From: an uncultured Ignavibacteriaceae bacterium
Lineage (GTDB): Bacteria; Bacteroidota; Ignavibacteria; UBA10030
Length of the DNA: 64,000 nucleotides
Assembly (NCBI GenBank): GCA_964473365.1
Contig: CAYYOV010000009.1
Coordinates: forward strand, 7,630 to 71,629
Direction: 5' to 3'
Positions 56,233-64,000 of the stretch are shown one piece after another. The position numbers were made by a program, and so were the translations under genes. The notes under the pieces were generated by a model. It was not told the origin of the DNA and ran no database searches. It saw only the letters and a program-made list of their open reading frames with translations. Every line of letters starts with the position of its first letter. Within the stretch, counting starts at the first letter, position 1.

Positions 56233-59200
56233 TTACTTCGTGAGGATCATCTTGCGGACCGACCGGAACGGCTGCCCGTTCGCGGGTTCGGCCTGCATGA
56301 CCAGGAGATACATTCCGCTGCTCGCCAGACGGCCGAAAGCGTCCGTACCATTCCATGTCGTCTGGTGGAATCCGGCCGCGAGGTCCCCCGCTACGATCGT
56401 GGCCACTTCACGTCCGAGGATATCGACGACCTTCATGGTCACCCGGCTGTCCACCGGAAGCTGGAAGCGGACGCTGGTCGACGGGTTGAACGGATTCGGG
56501 AAGTTCTGGTCGAGGCCGAAGCTTGTCGGAACTTCGGCGGTCACATCCTCTGCCGAGGTCGCGATCCCGGCCTCGTTGACGAGGAACTCCGTGACCCGGA
56601 TGTCGCTCACCGAAGCGTTCGACCTCAGCGATTCGAATCGCACGATCGCCCACTCGCCGTCGGGCGAGACGGCCTGCGTGCCAGCCATGGCAACACGAAC
56701 CCGCGCACCGTCAGCATGCCACGCCATCTGGAGGCTGTCCGACCCGAGGGTCTTCAGGACCGTTAACGGACGGAAGGCCGCAGAATCGTATGCGACCGTG
56801 AACTGCGTCGCGAAGACACCCGACGCCTTCAGCCGAACGACGGCTTCGATCTCGGTGCTTCCGTCAACGGTCCGGGTCACGAGCGCGTATCCTGGAGCGG
56901 TGGGCGTGGATATGGTGCGGCCAAGCCCAGGGAAGCCTGTGATGATTCCGACAACGTATCGAAGGATGTACGACGCATCGAGCGCGGAGATGACCCCATT
57001 CGCCGTGACATCAGCTGCGGTCTGCTGCGGAGCCGTCAACACAATGGAACCGACCACATGCTGCAGGGTCAACGAAGCATCGAACGCGCTGATCGTTCCG
57101 TTCTGGCTCACATCACCCGCAAGGATACCGCCCCGGGCCGTCAGGAACGGACGGTAGATCACGTAGCCCGACGATGCATTTTGGATCTTGTTCCCAGTGC
57201 CCGTCGGGTTCAGGTCCGGACCGGTCTGCACCAATGGACCCGACGCGGCTCCCCAGTAGTTGTTCGAGGCTGTCACATTCGAGGTCGCCGAATGATAGAA
57301 ACCGTAGCTCGAGTTGTTGTAGATGTTGCTCGTCGAGACGGTGAACGTACCGGTGCCGCCGTTCTGGATACCTGTCGTGTTGCTGTGGATATCCGAACCC
57401 GTGACCGTCATAGTGGGACTCCCCGAAGGCCGGTAGATACCGATCGAGTTGTTCGAGACGAAGCTCGAGTCGACCGTGATACCATTGTTCGCTCCACTCA
57501 CATAGATCCCATACGACGCAAAACGGATGTTCGTGTATTTGAACGACTTCGCGTCGGCGCCGGTCCCGGCGTACAGGTATAACCCTGACCACTCGCCTGA
57601 TGTCGGGGAAGTCGCGGTCGAATCTTTGTTGGTATCGCCACCAAAGGTATCATCCTTCCACGACGTGAAGGTGATGCGCTTCGTGGCGGTTCCTTCCGAG
57701 GTAAACGCTCCCGTAATGCTCAGGCTCTGACTTGCGGTCGCCTTTACGACCGTCCCCGGAGACACGACCAACGATTTCTGCGACGGGACCGTGGGCGATG
57801 ATTCCAGACGATGCACGTATTCAACCGTGTCGACCGGCACCGTTCCGCCCAAAGTGCCCCAGATATTATCATACACTGCAATGACGTTGTTGTACGTGTT
57901 CCCCAGCAGCACGTTCGCGCTGTAGTAGTTGCCGAGCGCCGTACCGGTGCCGGCCTTCGAAAGCTCGCCCGTTACACCAAGCGGATATTTGTTGTTGAGC
58001 AGCGAGTCAGAAACGAAGTATGCACGGGTTGAGAGTACGCCCGTCTCGGTGTTGTTCGAGATGGTGTTCCCGCTCAGCAACAACAGAGTATCGTAGACCG
58101 TGCTCTCGCTGTAGTTCCAGATGCCGTGCCGTCCGTTCCCGGTGATCAGGTTGTCCTGGAACACCTGCGGCTCCTTGCCCAACAAGATCCTGGCGCCGTC
58201 TTGCGTGCTCCATCCGATCGTTGAATTCGTCACCGAGGCGAACCGGCCCGAACCCACGCTCGAGCTCGTATAGTCTCCGTAGAGTCCATAGGTGTTCCAG
58301 CGGATCAAGCCGCTGTCGATCGTGGCTGATCCGTCATTACGGGCCCAGACCCCCACGTAGTTGCTGTCGGCCCTTAAGCCGACGATCGCGAGGTCATAGT
58401 CTCCCCAGACCTGGATGCCCGCCTGCGAATTGCGATATGCGACGACATGCCGCACCGGGTTCGAGAGCTGGGTCGAGATATAGAGGCCGTAGTACGAGAA
58501 CCGGAAATCGACATTCTCGAATCGGCTTCCGGTGACGATGCCCGTGCCGCTGAGCTGGATGTTCGACCAGTCGCCCGGTGCTGCCTTGAGTGTATCGGTC
58601 GGCTCGTTCGTCTTTCCGCCTGCAGCATGGTCGCGGTACGACGTGAAGATGATCCGCTCCGAAGGTGTTCCGAGCGATATGATCCTGCCGTAGACGTCGA
58701 CCGACTGATTCTGCGCAAACTTCAGGATGACTCCCGGCTGGATCACCAGCGTATCGGCGGCTGCGATGGAGAGATACGATTCCGCGACATAGACGCCGGA
58801 GGTGAGACCAGCTGGGAAACCGCGCTGCAGCGTGTCCGAAATGGAGCCGCTCCCCCAACCCTTGCTGTACACGCTGATCGCGTTCCGGCGATTGTTTACA
58901 AAGATGTTGTTGTCCGTGCCAGTGTTGTCGACGTACAGGTTCCCGAGCTTGCCGGCCATTCCCAGCGGATAGCGATTTCCCGAGAATGTGTTATCGACGA
59001 AGCGGGCGCGCGACGACACGATACCGTCGAGGCCGTTGTTCGAGACCGTGTTCCCGATGTACTGGACGTCGGTCTTCCCGACGAGGTGGTTCACGTTCCA
59101 GATGCCGTGCTGGCCGTTGCCGCTGATCGTGTTCCCGACGAACACCTGCGGAACCTGGACCGGCTCCGTGGTCACACCGCGCTGACCGTTATTCGTGATC

Positions 59201-61731
59201 TGGCTGTTCGAGAGCTCCCGCAGCCCGCCGATCGGCGGACTAGAGATGGTGCTGGTGTATTGGATGCCGTGCGTCGTGTTCTGACTGATCAAGCTGCTCC
59301 TGACCGTCAGGTCCGTGGAATTCAACGTGTACAGGCCAATATTGTTGAAGCGCACTGTGGCATTGTCGAACACCACGTTCCCACCGTAAAAATACGTGGC
59401 GTACTGGTTCCCCTCCAACGTCACGTTGGTGATCTGGTTCGTCCAGCTTCCTCCACCGGAATAGATCCCGTACGTGGCATGGAAGATCTTCACATTGTCC
59501 AGCACCGACTTGATCGGACTGGCATTCATCGAGAGCCCGGTCCAGTCGTTCTGCCCCGGAGCCAGCGTGTCTGAGACGAGGTTCGTCTTGCCGCCCGCCG
59601 CATGGTCCCGGTGCGACGTGAACGTGATCGGTTCCGCGGGCGTTCCGTCCGCAACGAGAATTCCATACACGTCGAGATTCGTCCCCTGCCAGCCTTTGAC
59701 GATGACGCCCGGTTCGATGGTCAGCGTGTCGTTCGCCGCGACCGATTCCGATTCAAGAAGCGCGTAGACCGCGCTCGTGAGCGCCGCGGGAGTGGTCTTT
59801 GACAGCGTGCCCTTGAGGCCGGACGGACTGGAGTACATGCTCCGGAGACCGATGACGGCGTTGTAGGCGTTTCCGGTGAAGGTGTTCCCCGAATAGGTGG
59901 AGCCAACGTTCAACTGAAGTGCCAGCGGCACGCGATTGCTTATGAATGCGTTCGATGTGATGGACGCCCTGGAGGTCAAGAGGCCTTCCTGGCCGTTCCC
60001 CTCGAACGTATTCTGGTCGATCGTGATCGTCGCGGAGTTCTGACTGCCGACCGACAGGCCGACCTGACCGTTCTTGACGAACATGCTATGCGTGAAGGCC
60101 TGCGCAGTCGCCGCATTTGACTGCGTTGTGTAGACACCGAACTGGTTGTTGAAGGAAGCGCTCGAGCTGTCGAAGGAAGCGATCGAGCCATTGACCAGGT
60201 AGACACCGTGCGTTCCGTTTCGCAAGAAGTTCGAACGATCGACATTCACGACCGCCCCGTTCGAACCACTCATGTATGCGCCGGTATTCCCATTGCCCGT
60301 GAAGTACGAATCGGTGAACGTCATCGAGGTAGGGGAGCCATCTGCGAACAAGCCATACCCCGATGCAACGCTCGAGTAGACATATGACAGCGAGAAGCTC
60401 GGGCCACTGAAGTACATGTTGTTGCTGCCGTATTTGACGATGACGTTGGCCAGCGAGGCCGCATTCGCGAAGTAGACATACGTCCAGTTGCCCGGCGCCG
60501 GCGATGTCGCATCGTTGTCGCCGTTGCTGTCGCCACCGTAGCTGTCGTCACGCTCCGACGTGAACACCACGAGCGAGTCGTACGTGGATTGGACGCTCAG
60601 CGAGCCCGTAACAGCGATCTGCGTCGAAGGGGCCATCTTGACGATGACGCCCGGAGCCAGCGTGAGCGTGACACCACTGTTGACCGTGATGTTGTTCTTG
60701 ACCCAATACACGCCCGCAGTCCACGTCGTGGGAACCGTGATGTTCGCAGTAATGTTCGTGACCGGGAGTGTACCCGACGAACGCCACGGAGAGACCTCCA
60801 CCTTGACAGAGACTTTGTTCCCGCGTCCCGAGGGGTTGATCTGTTCGCTGAACGGACCATACTCAGAACCCCAGTAGTTGCGGCGGGCGTCCAAAACGAT
60901 AGCGCCCTCAGCATTCACTCCCCAGTCGATGTTTCCGCTGATGACGTTGTCACGGAGCGTCGGCTGCACACCCCCCACCGAACGAAAGTAGAGGCCTGTC
61001 GCATTGGCGACGATCGTATCGCGTGTAATGGTTGGCGAGGCCCCGTTGTCGACGTAGATGCCATACCCGTTGTTCCGGATCACCGTGCTGTCCACGATGG
61101 GGGAGGCGTTGATCGGGATCCGAACGCCGCCGTCGGTGCAGTACTCCACGGTGGAGCGACGCAATTGGAAGTTGGAGAAGAGGTCGCTGAAGACCCCATA
61201 TCCCGTGATCTGTTCGAACCGGGCATCGGTGATCACTGGCGAGGAAGCGCGAAGGTTGACTCCGTTCCCCGAGGACTCGCGAACGTGCAGGTGCTCCAGG
61301 GGAACTCCATAGGCCCCCGTGCCATAATAGACCGCCGCCTGGCTCGCACCAGAACCAGTCCATTCGATCCGCGCATACCGGAGGATGGAACCAACATTGG
61401 TCGTGTTCCGGAACTCGATCCCGCCCCAATCGCCTCTCGCCGGCGAACCAGCCGCTGATGTGAACACGATGGTGTCGGCAACCGTGCCGGCAGCGACCAA
61501 TGTTCCTTCGATCACCAGCCCTTTACCGGCAGCAAACGCAATACGCGTCCCGGCTTCGATCGACAACGTGCGTCCGGACGGGACCGTCACGGTTCCGCTA
61601 ACGACGACGGGGCTGCTTGACGCCGTCCACGTGGTATCGGATGTCACAAATCCGCTGATCTGAGCTAGGCCCGTGGTGGCAATGACCACGACAAGGGTAA
61701 ACGACTGCACGCATGATCGAAGAAGTGACAT
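56233..61731 (-). CDS. Large T9SS-secreted right-handed beta-helix repeat protein with dockerin and cohesin domains
   Basis: GGAGG RBS before MSLLRS (61731). Five TL.I.PG..VK…I.FTS modules with parallel beta-helix repeats. Duplicated dockerin GDVSQNGTISAFDASLTLQHVVG…ADVTANGVISALDASYILRYVVG, a cohesin-like domain, and CTD LDQNFPNPFNPST. Confidence 0.85.
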   Translation of the reverse strand: MSLLRSCVQSFTLVVVIATTGLAQISGFVTSDTTWTASSSPVVVSGTVTVPSGRTLSIEAGTRIAFAAGKGLVIEGTLVAAGTVADTIVFTSAAGSPARGDWGGIEFRNTTNVGSILRYARIEWTGSGASQAAVYYGTGAYGVPLEHLHVRESSGNGVNLRASSPVITDARFEQITGYGVFSDLFSNFQLRRSTVEYCTDGGVRIPINASPIVDSTVIRNNGYGIYVDNGASPTITRDTIVANATGLYFRSVGGVQPTLRDNVISGNIDWGVNAEGAIVLDARRNYWGSEYGPFSEQINPSGRGNKVSVKVEVSPWRSSGTLPVTNITANITVPTTWTAGVYWVKNNITVNSGVTLTLAPGVIVKMAPSTQIAVTGSLSVQSTYDSLVVFTSERDDSYGGDSNGDNDATSPAPGNWTYVYFANAASLANVIVKYGSNNMYFSGPSFSLSYVYSSVASGYGLFADGSPTSMTFTDSYFTGNGNTGAYMSGSNGAVVNVDRSNFLRNGTHGVYLVNGSIASFDSSSASFNNQFGVYTTQSNAATAQAFTHSMFVKNGQVGLSVGSQNSATITIDQNTFEGNGQEGLLTSRASITSNAFISNRVPLALQLNVGSTYSGNTFTGNAYNAVIGLRSMYSSPSGLKGTLSKTTPAALTSAVYALLESESVAANDTLTIEPGVIVKGWQGTNLDVYGILVADGTPAEPITFTSHRDHAAGGKTNLVSDTLAPGQNDWTGLSMNASPIKSVLDNVKIFHATYGIYSGGGSWTNQITNVTLEGNQYATYFYGGNVVFDNATVRFNNIGLYTLNSTDLTVRSSLISQNTTHGIQYTSTISSPPIGGLRELSNSQITNNGQRGVTTEPVQVPQVFVGNTISGNGQHGIWNVNHLVGKTDVQYIGNTVSNNGLDGIVSSRARFVDNTFSGNRYPLGMAGKLGNLYVDNTGTDNNIFVNNRRNAISVYSKGWGSGSISDTLQRGFPAGLTSGVYVAESYLSIAAADTLVIQPGVILKFAQNQSVDVYGRIISLGTPSERIIFTSYRDHAAGGKTNEPTDTLKAAPGDWSNIQLSGTGIVTGSRFENVDFRFSYYGLYISTQLSNPVRHVVAYRNSQAGIQVWGDYDLAIVGLRADSNYVGVWARNDGSATIDSGLIRWNTYGLYGDYTSSSVGSGRFASVTNSTIGWSTQDGARILLGKEPQVFQDNLITGNGRHGIWNYSESTVYDTLLLLSGNTISNNTETGVLSTRAYFVSDSLLNNKYPLGVTGELSKAGTGTALGNYYSANVLLGNTYNNVIAVYDNIWGTLGGTVPVDTVEYVHRLESSPTVPSQKSLVVSPGTVVKATASQSLSITGAFTSEGTATKRITFTSWKDDTFGGDTNKDSTATSPTSGEWSGLYLYAGTGADAKSFKYTNIRFASYGIYVSGANNGITVDSSFVSNNSIGIYRPSGSPTMTVTGSDIHSNTTGIQNGGTGTFTVSTSNIYNNSSYGFYHSATSNVTASNNYWGAASGPLVQTGPDLNPTGTGNKIQNASSGYVIYRPFLTARGGILAGDVSQNGTISAFDASLTLQHVVGSIVLTAPQQTAADVTANGVISALDASYILRYVVGIITGFPGLGRTISTPTAPGYALVTRTVDGSTEIEAVVRLKASGVFATQFTVAYDSAAFRPLTVLKTLGSDSLQMAWHADGARVRVAMAGTQAVSPDGEWAIVRFESLRSNASVSDIRVTEFLVNEAGIATSAEDVTAEVPTSFGLDQNFPNPFNPSTSVRFQLPVDSRVTMKVVDILGREVATIVAGDLAAGFHQTTWNGTDAFGRLASSGMYLLVMQAEPANGQPFRSVRKMILTK

Positions 61732-61974
61732 GGATCCTCCAGAGCGAGCTAGGGAAAAGAGTGAGGGTTCCAAACGCGAAGAAGACGAGACTGCACGTCC
61801 CGTAGAGCGACTACAACATCAACAATAACCGGCGTATTGTCAATCTTGAGAATTGCTCTACATCACAGGGAATCGTGCATCGCATATTGATCCACGTGTG
61901 ACGACGACCTTCATCGTCGTTCCACAGAGGAGGGGCCGAACACCGCTCGAGGGGCGTGGTGACAGAGTCCTGGA

Positions 61975-62352
61975 TCACGAAACGGAGGCAACAGCCTGTA
62001 TCTCGACAAGACATCCCGGCTTGAGTTCGGGGACGGGTATGATCGCTCGTGCCGGTTTGTGGTCGCCGAGCATCCTCTCAAACGTCTGGTTGACGCCGCC
62101 CCAATGCATCCGGCCCGTGACATAGATCGTTACCGATAGCAATCGATTCAGTCCGCTCCCGGCCGCAACCAGGATCGCCTCTACGTTTCGGAGCGTTTGT
62201 TCCGTCTGCATCTCTGCGTTGGTCCCGACCACCTCCCCGCTGCTCGGATTCAGTGGCAATTGGCCTGCCACATACACGAGGCCACTATGGACGATGGCTT
62301 GAGAGTAATGACCCGCCGGCTTGGGTGCGTTCGGCGTCGCGATCGGTTGCAT
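61975..62352 (-). CDS. RidA/YjgF/UK114 family protein
   Basis: APKPAGHYSQAI, VYVAGQLPLNP, QTLRNVEAIL, PARAII, LVEIQAVA. Confidence 0.92.
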   Translation of the reverse strand: MQPIATPNAPKPAGHYSQAIVHSGLVYVAGQLPLNPSSGEVVGTNAEMQTEQTLRNVEAILVAAGSGLNRLLSVTIYVTGRMHWGGVNQTFERMLGDHKPARAIIPVPELKPGCLVEIQAVASVS

Positions 62353-62559
62353 ACGAGACCATAGAGTTGGTGATCGATGGTGCGTGCTGTCGATCGAATA
62401 TAAGAAATCAGAGAAATCTCTGCATATTATCGGACTTCACTTGGAGAAGCAGGGCTGGTCCGATGTTTCGCCTCGGTCCGCCTTCCGAACTCCACGCAGT
62501 TCAAACCTTTGAGCCTCCTGGCGCGTACGCATGTTGAGTTTCGCGGTGCATAGCGTTTC

Positions 62560-64000
62560 ATGATCTCCATCGAAAAACTGTCCGTCGATCTTGGCGTGCG
62601 GACGCTGTTCGAGAACGTTTCGTTCCTCGTGCGTCCACACGACCGGATCGGACTTATCGGTGCGAACGGGAGCGGAAAGACGACCCTGCTACGGGTTCTC
62701 GCCGGCGATCGGGAGCCTTCTCGGGGTGCTGTTCGCAAGGCGAACTACGTCACCGTTGGCTACCTCCCGCAGGAGGGCGTGCCGGTCCAGGGCCGCACGC
62801 TCCTTGACGAAGGAATGACCGCATTCGAAGATGTCCTGGCCCTCGAGGCCCGAGTGGAGCGGGCCATGGTCGACCTCTCAGCGATGGATGGAGAGTCGCC
62901 CGAACATTCGGAACAACTGGAGCTCCTCGGGGAACTCCAGCACCGTCTCGAGGAGAGCGACGTATATCGCATCCAGTCGCAGGTCGAGAAGGTGTTGATG
63001 GGTCTCGGGTTCGCCACGAAGGACCTTCAGCGGTCAACGAACGAGTTCTCCGGCGGCTGGCAGATGCGCATCGCGCTCGCGAAGCTGCTCCTCCGCTCTC
63101 CCTCCTTGCTCATGCTCGACGAACCCACCAATCACCTCGACTCCGAGTCGATCGCGTGGCTGGAAGACTACCTGCGGTCGTATGACGGCGCCGTTATGAC
63201 CGTTTCGCATGATACCGTCTTCCTGGACCGCGTGACCACACGAACGCTGGCCCTCGAACGGGACGAGATCGAGGATTTTCCCGGATCGTTCACGGCCTAC
63301 GTCGAATTCTCCGAAGCGCGACGAGAGCAACTGGAACGGGAATGGAAGAACCAGCAAGCGTCCATCAAGCGTACGGAACGGTTCATTGAGCGATTTCGCT
63401 ACAAGGCCACCAAGGCGCGTCAGGTCCAGAGCCGCGTCAAACAACTGGCCAAGGTCGACCGGATCGAGCTGGAGACAAACGGAGAAGAGATCGCGTTCCG
63501 ATTTCCCGATCCGCTACCGAGCGGCAAGATCCTCGTCAGCCTCCGCGACGTGTCGAAGTCGTATGGACCGTTGCGCGTCCTCGACAAGGTCAACGTTTCG
63601 ATCGAACGCGGCGACCGGATCGCCGTCGTTGGCCCGAATGGCGCCGGCAAGTCGACCCTCATACGGATCATCGCAGGCGTGGAATCATATGACGAGGGAG
63701 AGCGCGCCCCGGGGCATGAGCTGACGACATCCTACTACGCCCAGCACCAAGCTGACGAACTTGCCCCCGACCTCGACGTCCTCGGCGTGATCGACGCTGT
63801 TGCGCAAGGAGACATCCGAAAGCGACTTCGATCGATCCTGGGTTCCTTCCTCTTCCATGGCGACGACGTCTTCAAACCGGTCTCGGTCCTCTCCGGCGGT
63901 GAAAAGAGCCGGCTGGCGCTCGCCCGGATGCTGTTGCGTCCTGCCAATCTCCTCGTGATGGACGAGCCGACGAACCATCTCGACATCCGATCGAAGGCCG
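62560..64000 (+). CDS. ABC-F family ATP-binding protein (partial; runs off window end)
   Basis: Not in the ORF track. Manual translation from ATG 62560 gives MISIEKLSVDLGVRTLFENVSF…GLIGANGSGKTTL…FSGGWQMRIALAKLLL…LDEPTNHLD, then a second NBD GPNGAGKST…LSGGEKSRLALA…MDEPTNHLD. No TM segments. Confidence 0.95.
   Translation, partial: MISIEKLSVDLGVRTLFENVSFLVRPHDRIGLIGANGSGKTTLLRVLAGDREPSRGAVRKANYVTVGYLPQEGVPVQGRTLLDEGMTAFEDVLALEARVERAMVDLSAMDGESPEHSEQLELLGELQHRLEESDVYRIQSQVEKVLMGLGFATKDLQRSTNEFSGGWQMRIALAKLLLRSPSLLMLDEPTNHLDSESIAWLEDYLRSYDGAVMTVSHDTVFLDRVTTRTLALERDEIEDFPGSFTAYVEFSEARREQLEREWKNQQASIKRTERFIERFRYKATKARQVQSRVKQLAKVDRIELETNGEEIAFRFPDPLPSGKILVSLRDVSKSYGPLRVLDKVNVSIERGDRIAVVGPNGAGKSTLIRIIAGVESYDEGERAPGHELTTSYYAQHQADELAPDLDVLGVIDAVAQGDIRKRLRSILGSFLFHGDDVFKPVSVLSGGEKSRLALARMLLRPANLLVMDEPTNHLDIRSKA

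Noticed and set aside
53568-61731. True cellulosome
   Set aside because: No cellulase/hemicellulase catalytic domains, no CBM3 and no SLH anchor. Only the cohesin-dockerin assembly logic is supported.
61838-61843. TTGACA -35 upstream of the large beta-helix gene
   Set aside because: No convincing -10 at 16-18 nt spacing (GATGTT/TGATGT), so the promoter is not called.
62464-62537. Possible leader peptide (MFRLGPP…) upstream of the ABC-F gene
   Set aside because: No SD, stalling motif or attenuator structure was recognised, so it is indistinguishable from chance.

Overview
A gene-dense, GC-rich bacterial chromosomal segment. Its many T9SS-type C-terminal sorting domains (…NYPNPFNP.T.I…) point to an FCB-group organism, probably Ignavibacteria/Chlorobi-like; the taxonomy is an inference. 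I found no rRNA, tRNA, CRISPR array or mobile element. From 1 to 21.6 kb there is a minus-strand run of mostly housekeeping genes: aroC (partial), htrA/degP, recO, mtnA, a PfkB kinase, a NUDIX hydrolase, a P1 peptidase, a TrmH-family methyltransferase, a cadherin-repeat T9SS protein, a methylmalonyl-CoA mutase large subunit, comEC, a metalloenzyme, dtd, prmC, an MFS transporter, an orphan receiver protein, an amidohydrolase and an SSS symporter. From 21.8 to 50.2 kb lies a large glycan/amino-sugar utilisation region. A GH38-nanE operon converges on a ~20-kb ROK-repressor-headed operon. That operon encodes a GHL10 T9SS cargo protein, an unknown T9SS cargo protein, a TonB-dependent receptor with no SusD, a partner protein with a variant sorting domain, a PorV-like barrel, two small barrels, an FAD oxidoreductase, an IT-family transporter, an orphan hydantoinase-A-like ATPase and a DUF4855–ManNAc-kinase-like fusion. 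Next to it are a GHL10–phosphodiester glycosidase fusion and a GH27 enzyme. From 50.3 to 53.4 kb there is a Cys-pair-rich HYC_CC_PP/HMA/TonB receptor metal cluster, bracketed by twin hairpins. From 53.6 to 61.7 kb there is a two-gene T9SS pair: a 1.8-kaa beta-helix protein with dockerin and cohesin domains, and a non-catalytic three-cohesin scaffoldin-like protein. The window ends with a RidA-family gene and a partial ABC-F gene. The strongest candidates for an undescribed system are the SusD-less TBDR/PorV-paralog glycan locus with its unusual ManNAc-type catabolic module, and the T9SS-exported cohesin–dockerin pair. All domain calls come from motif recognition by eye, not from database searches.
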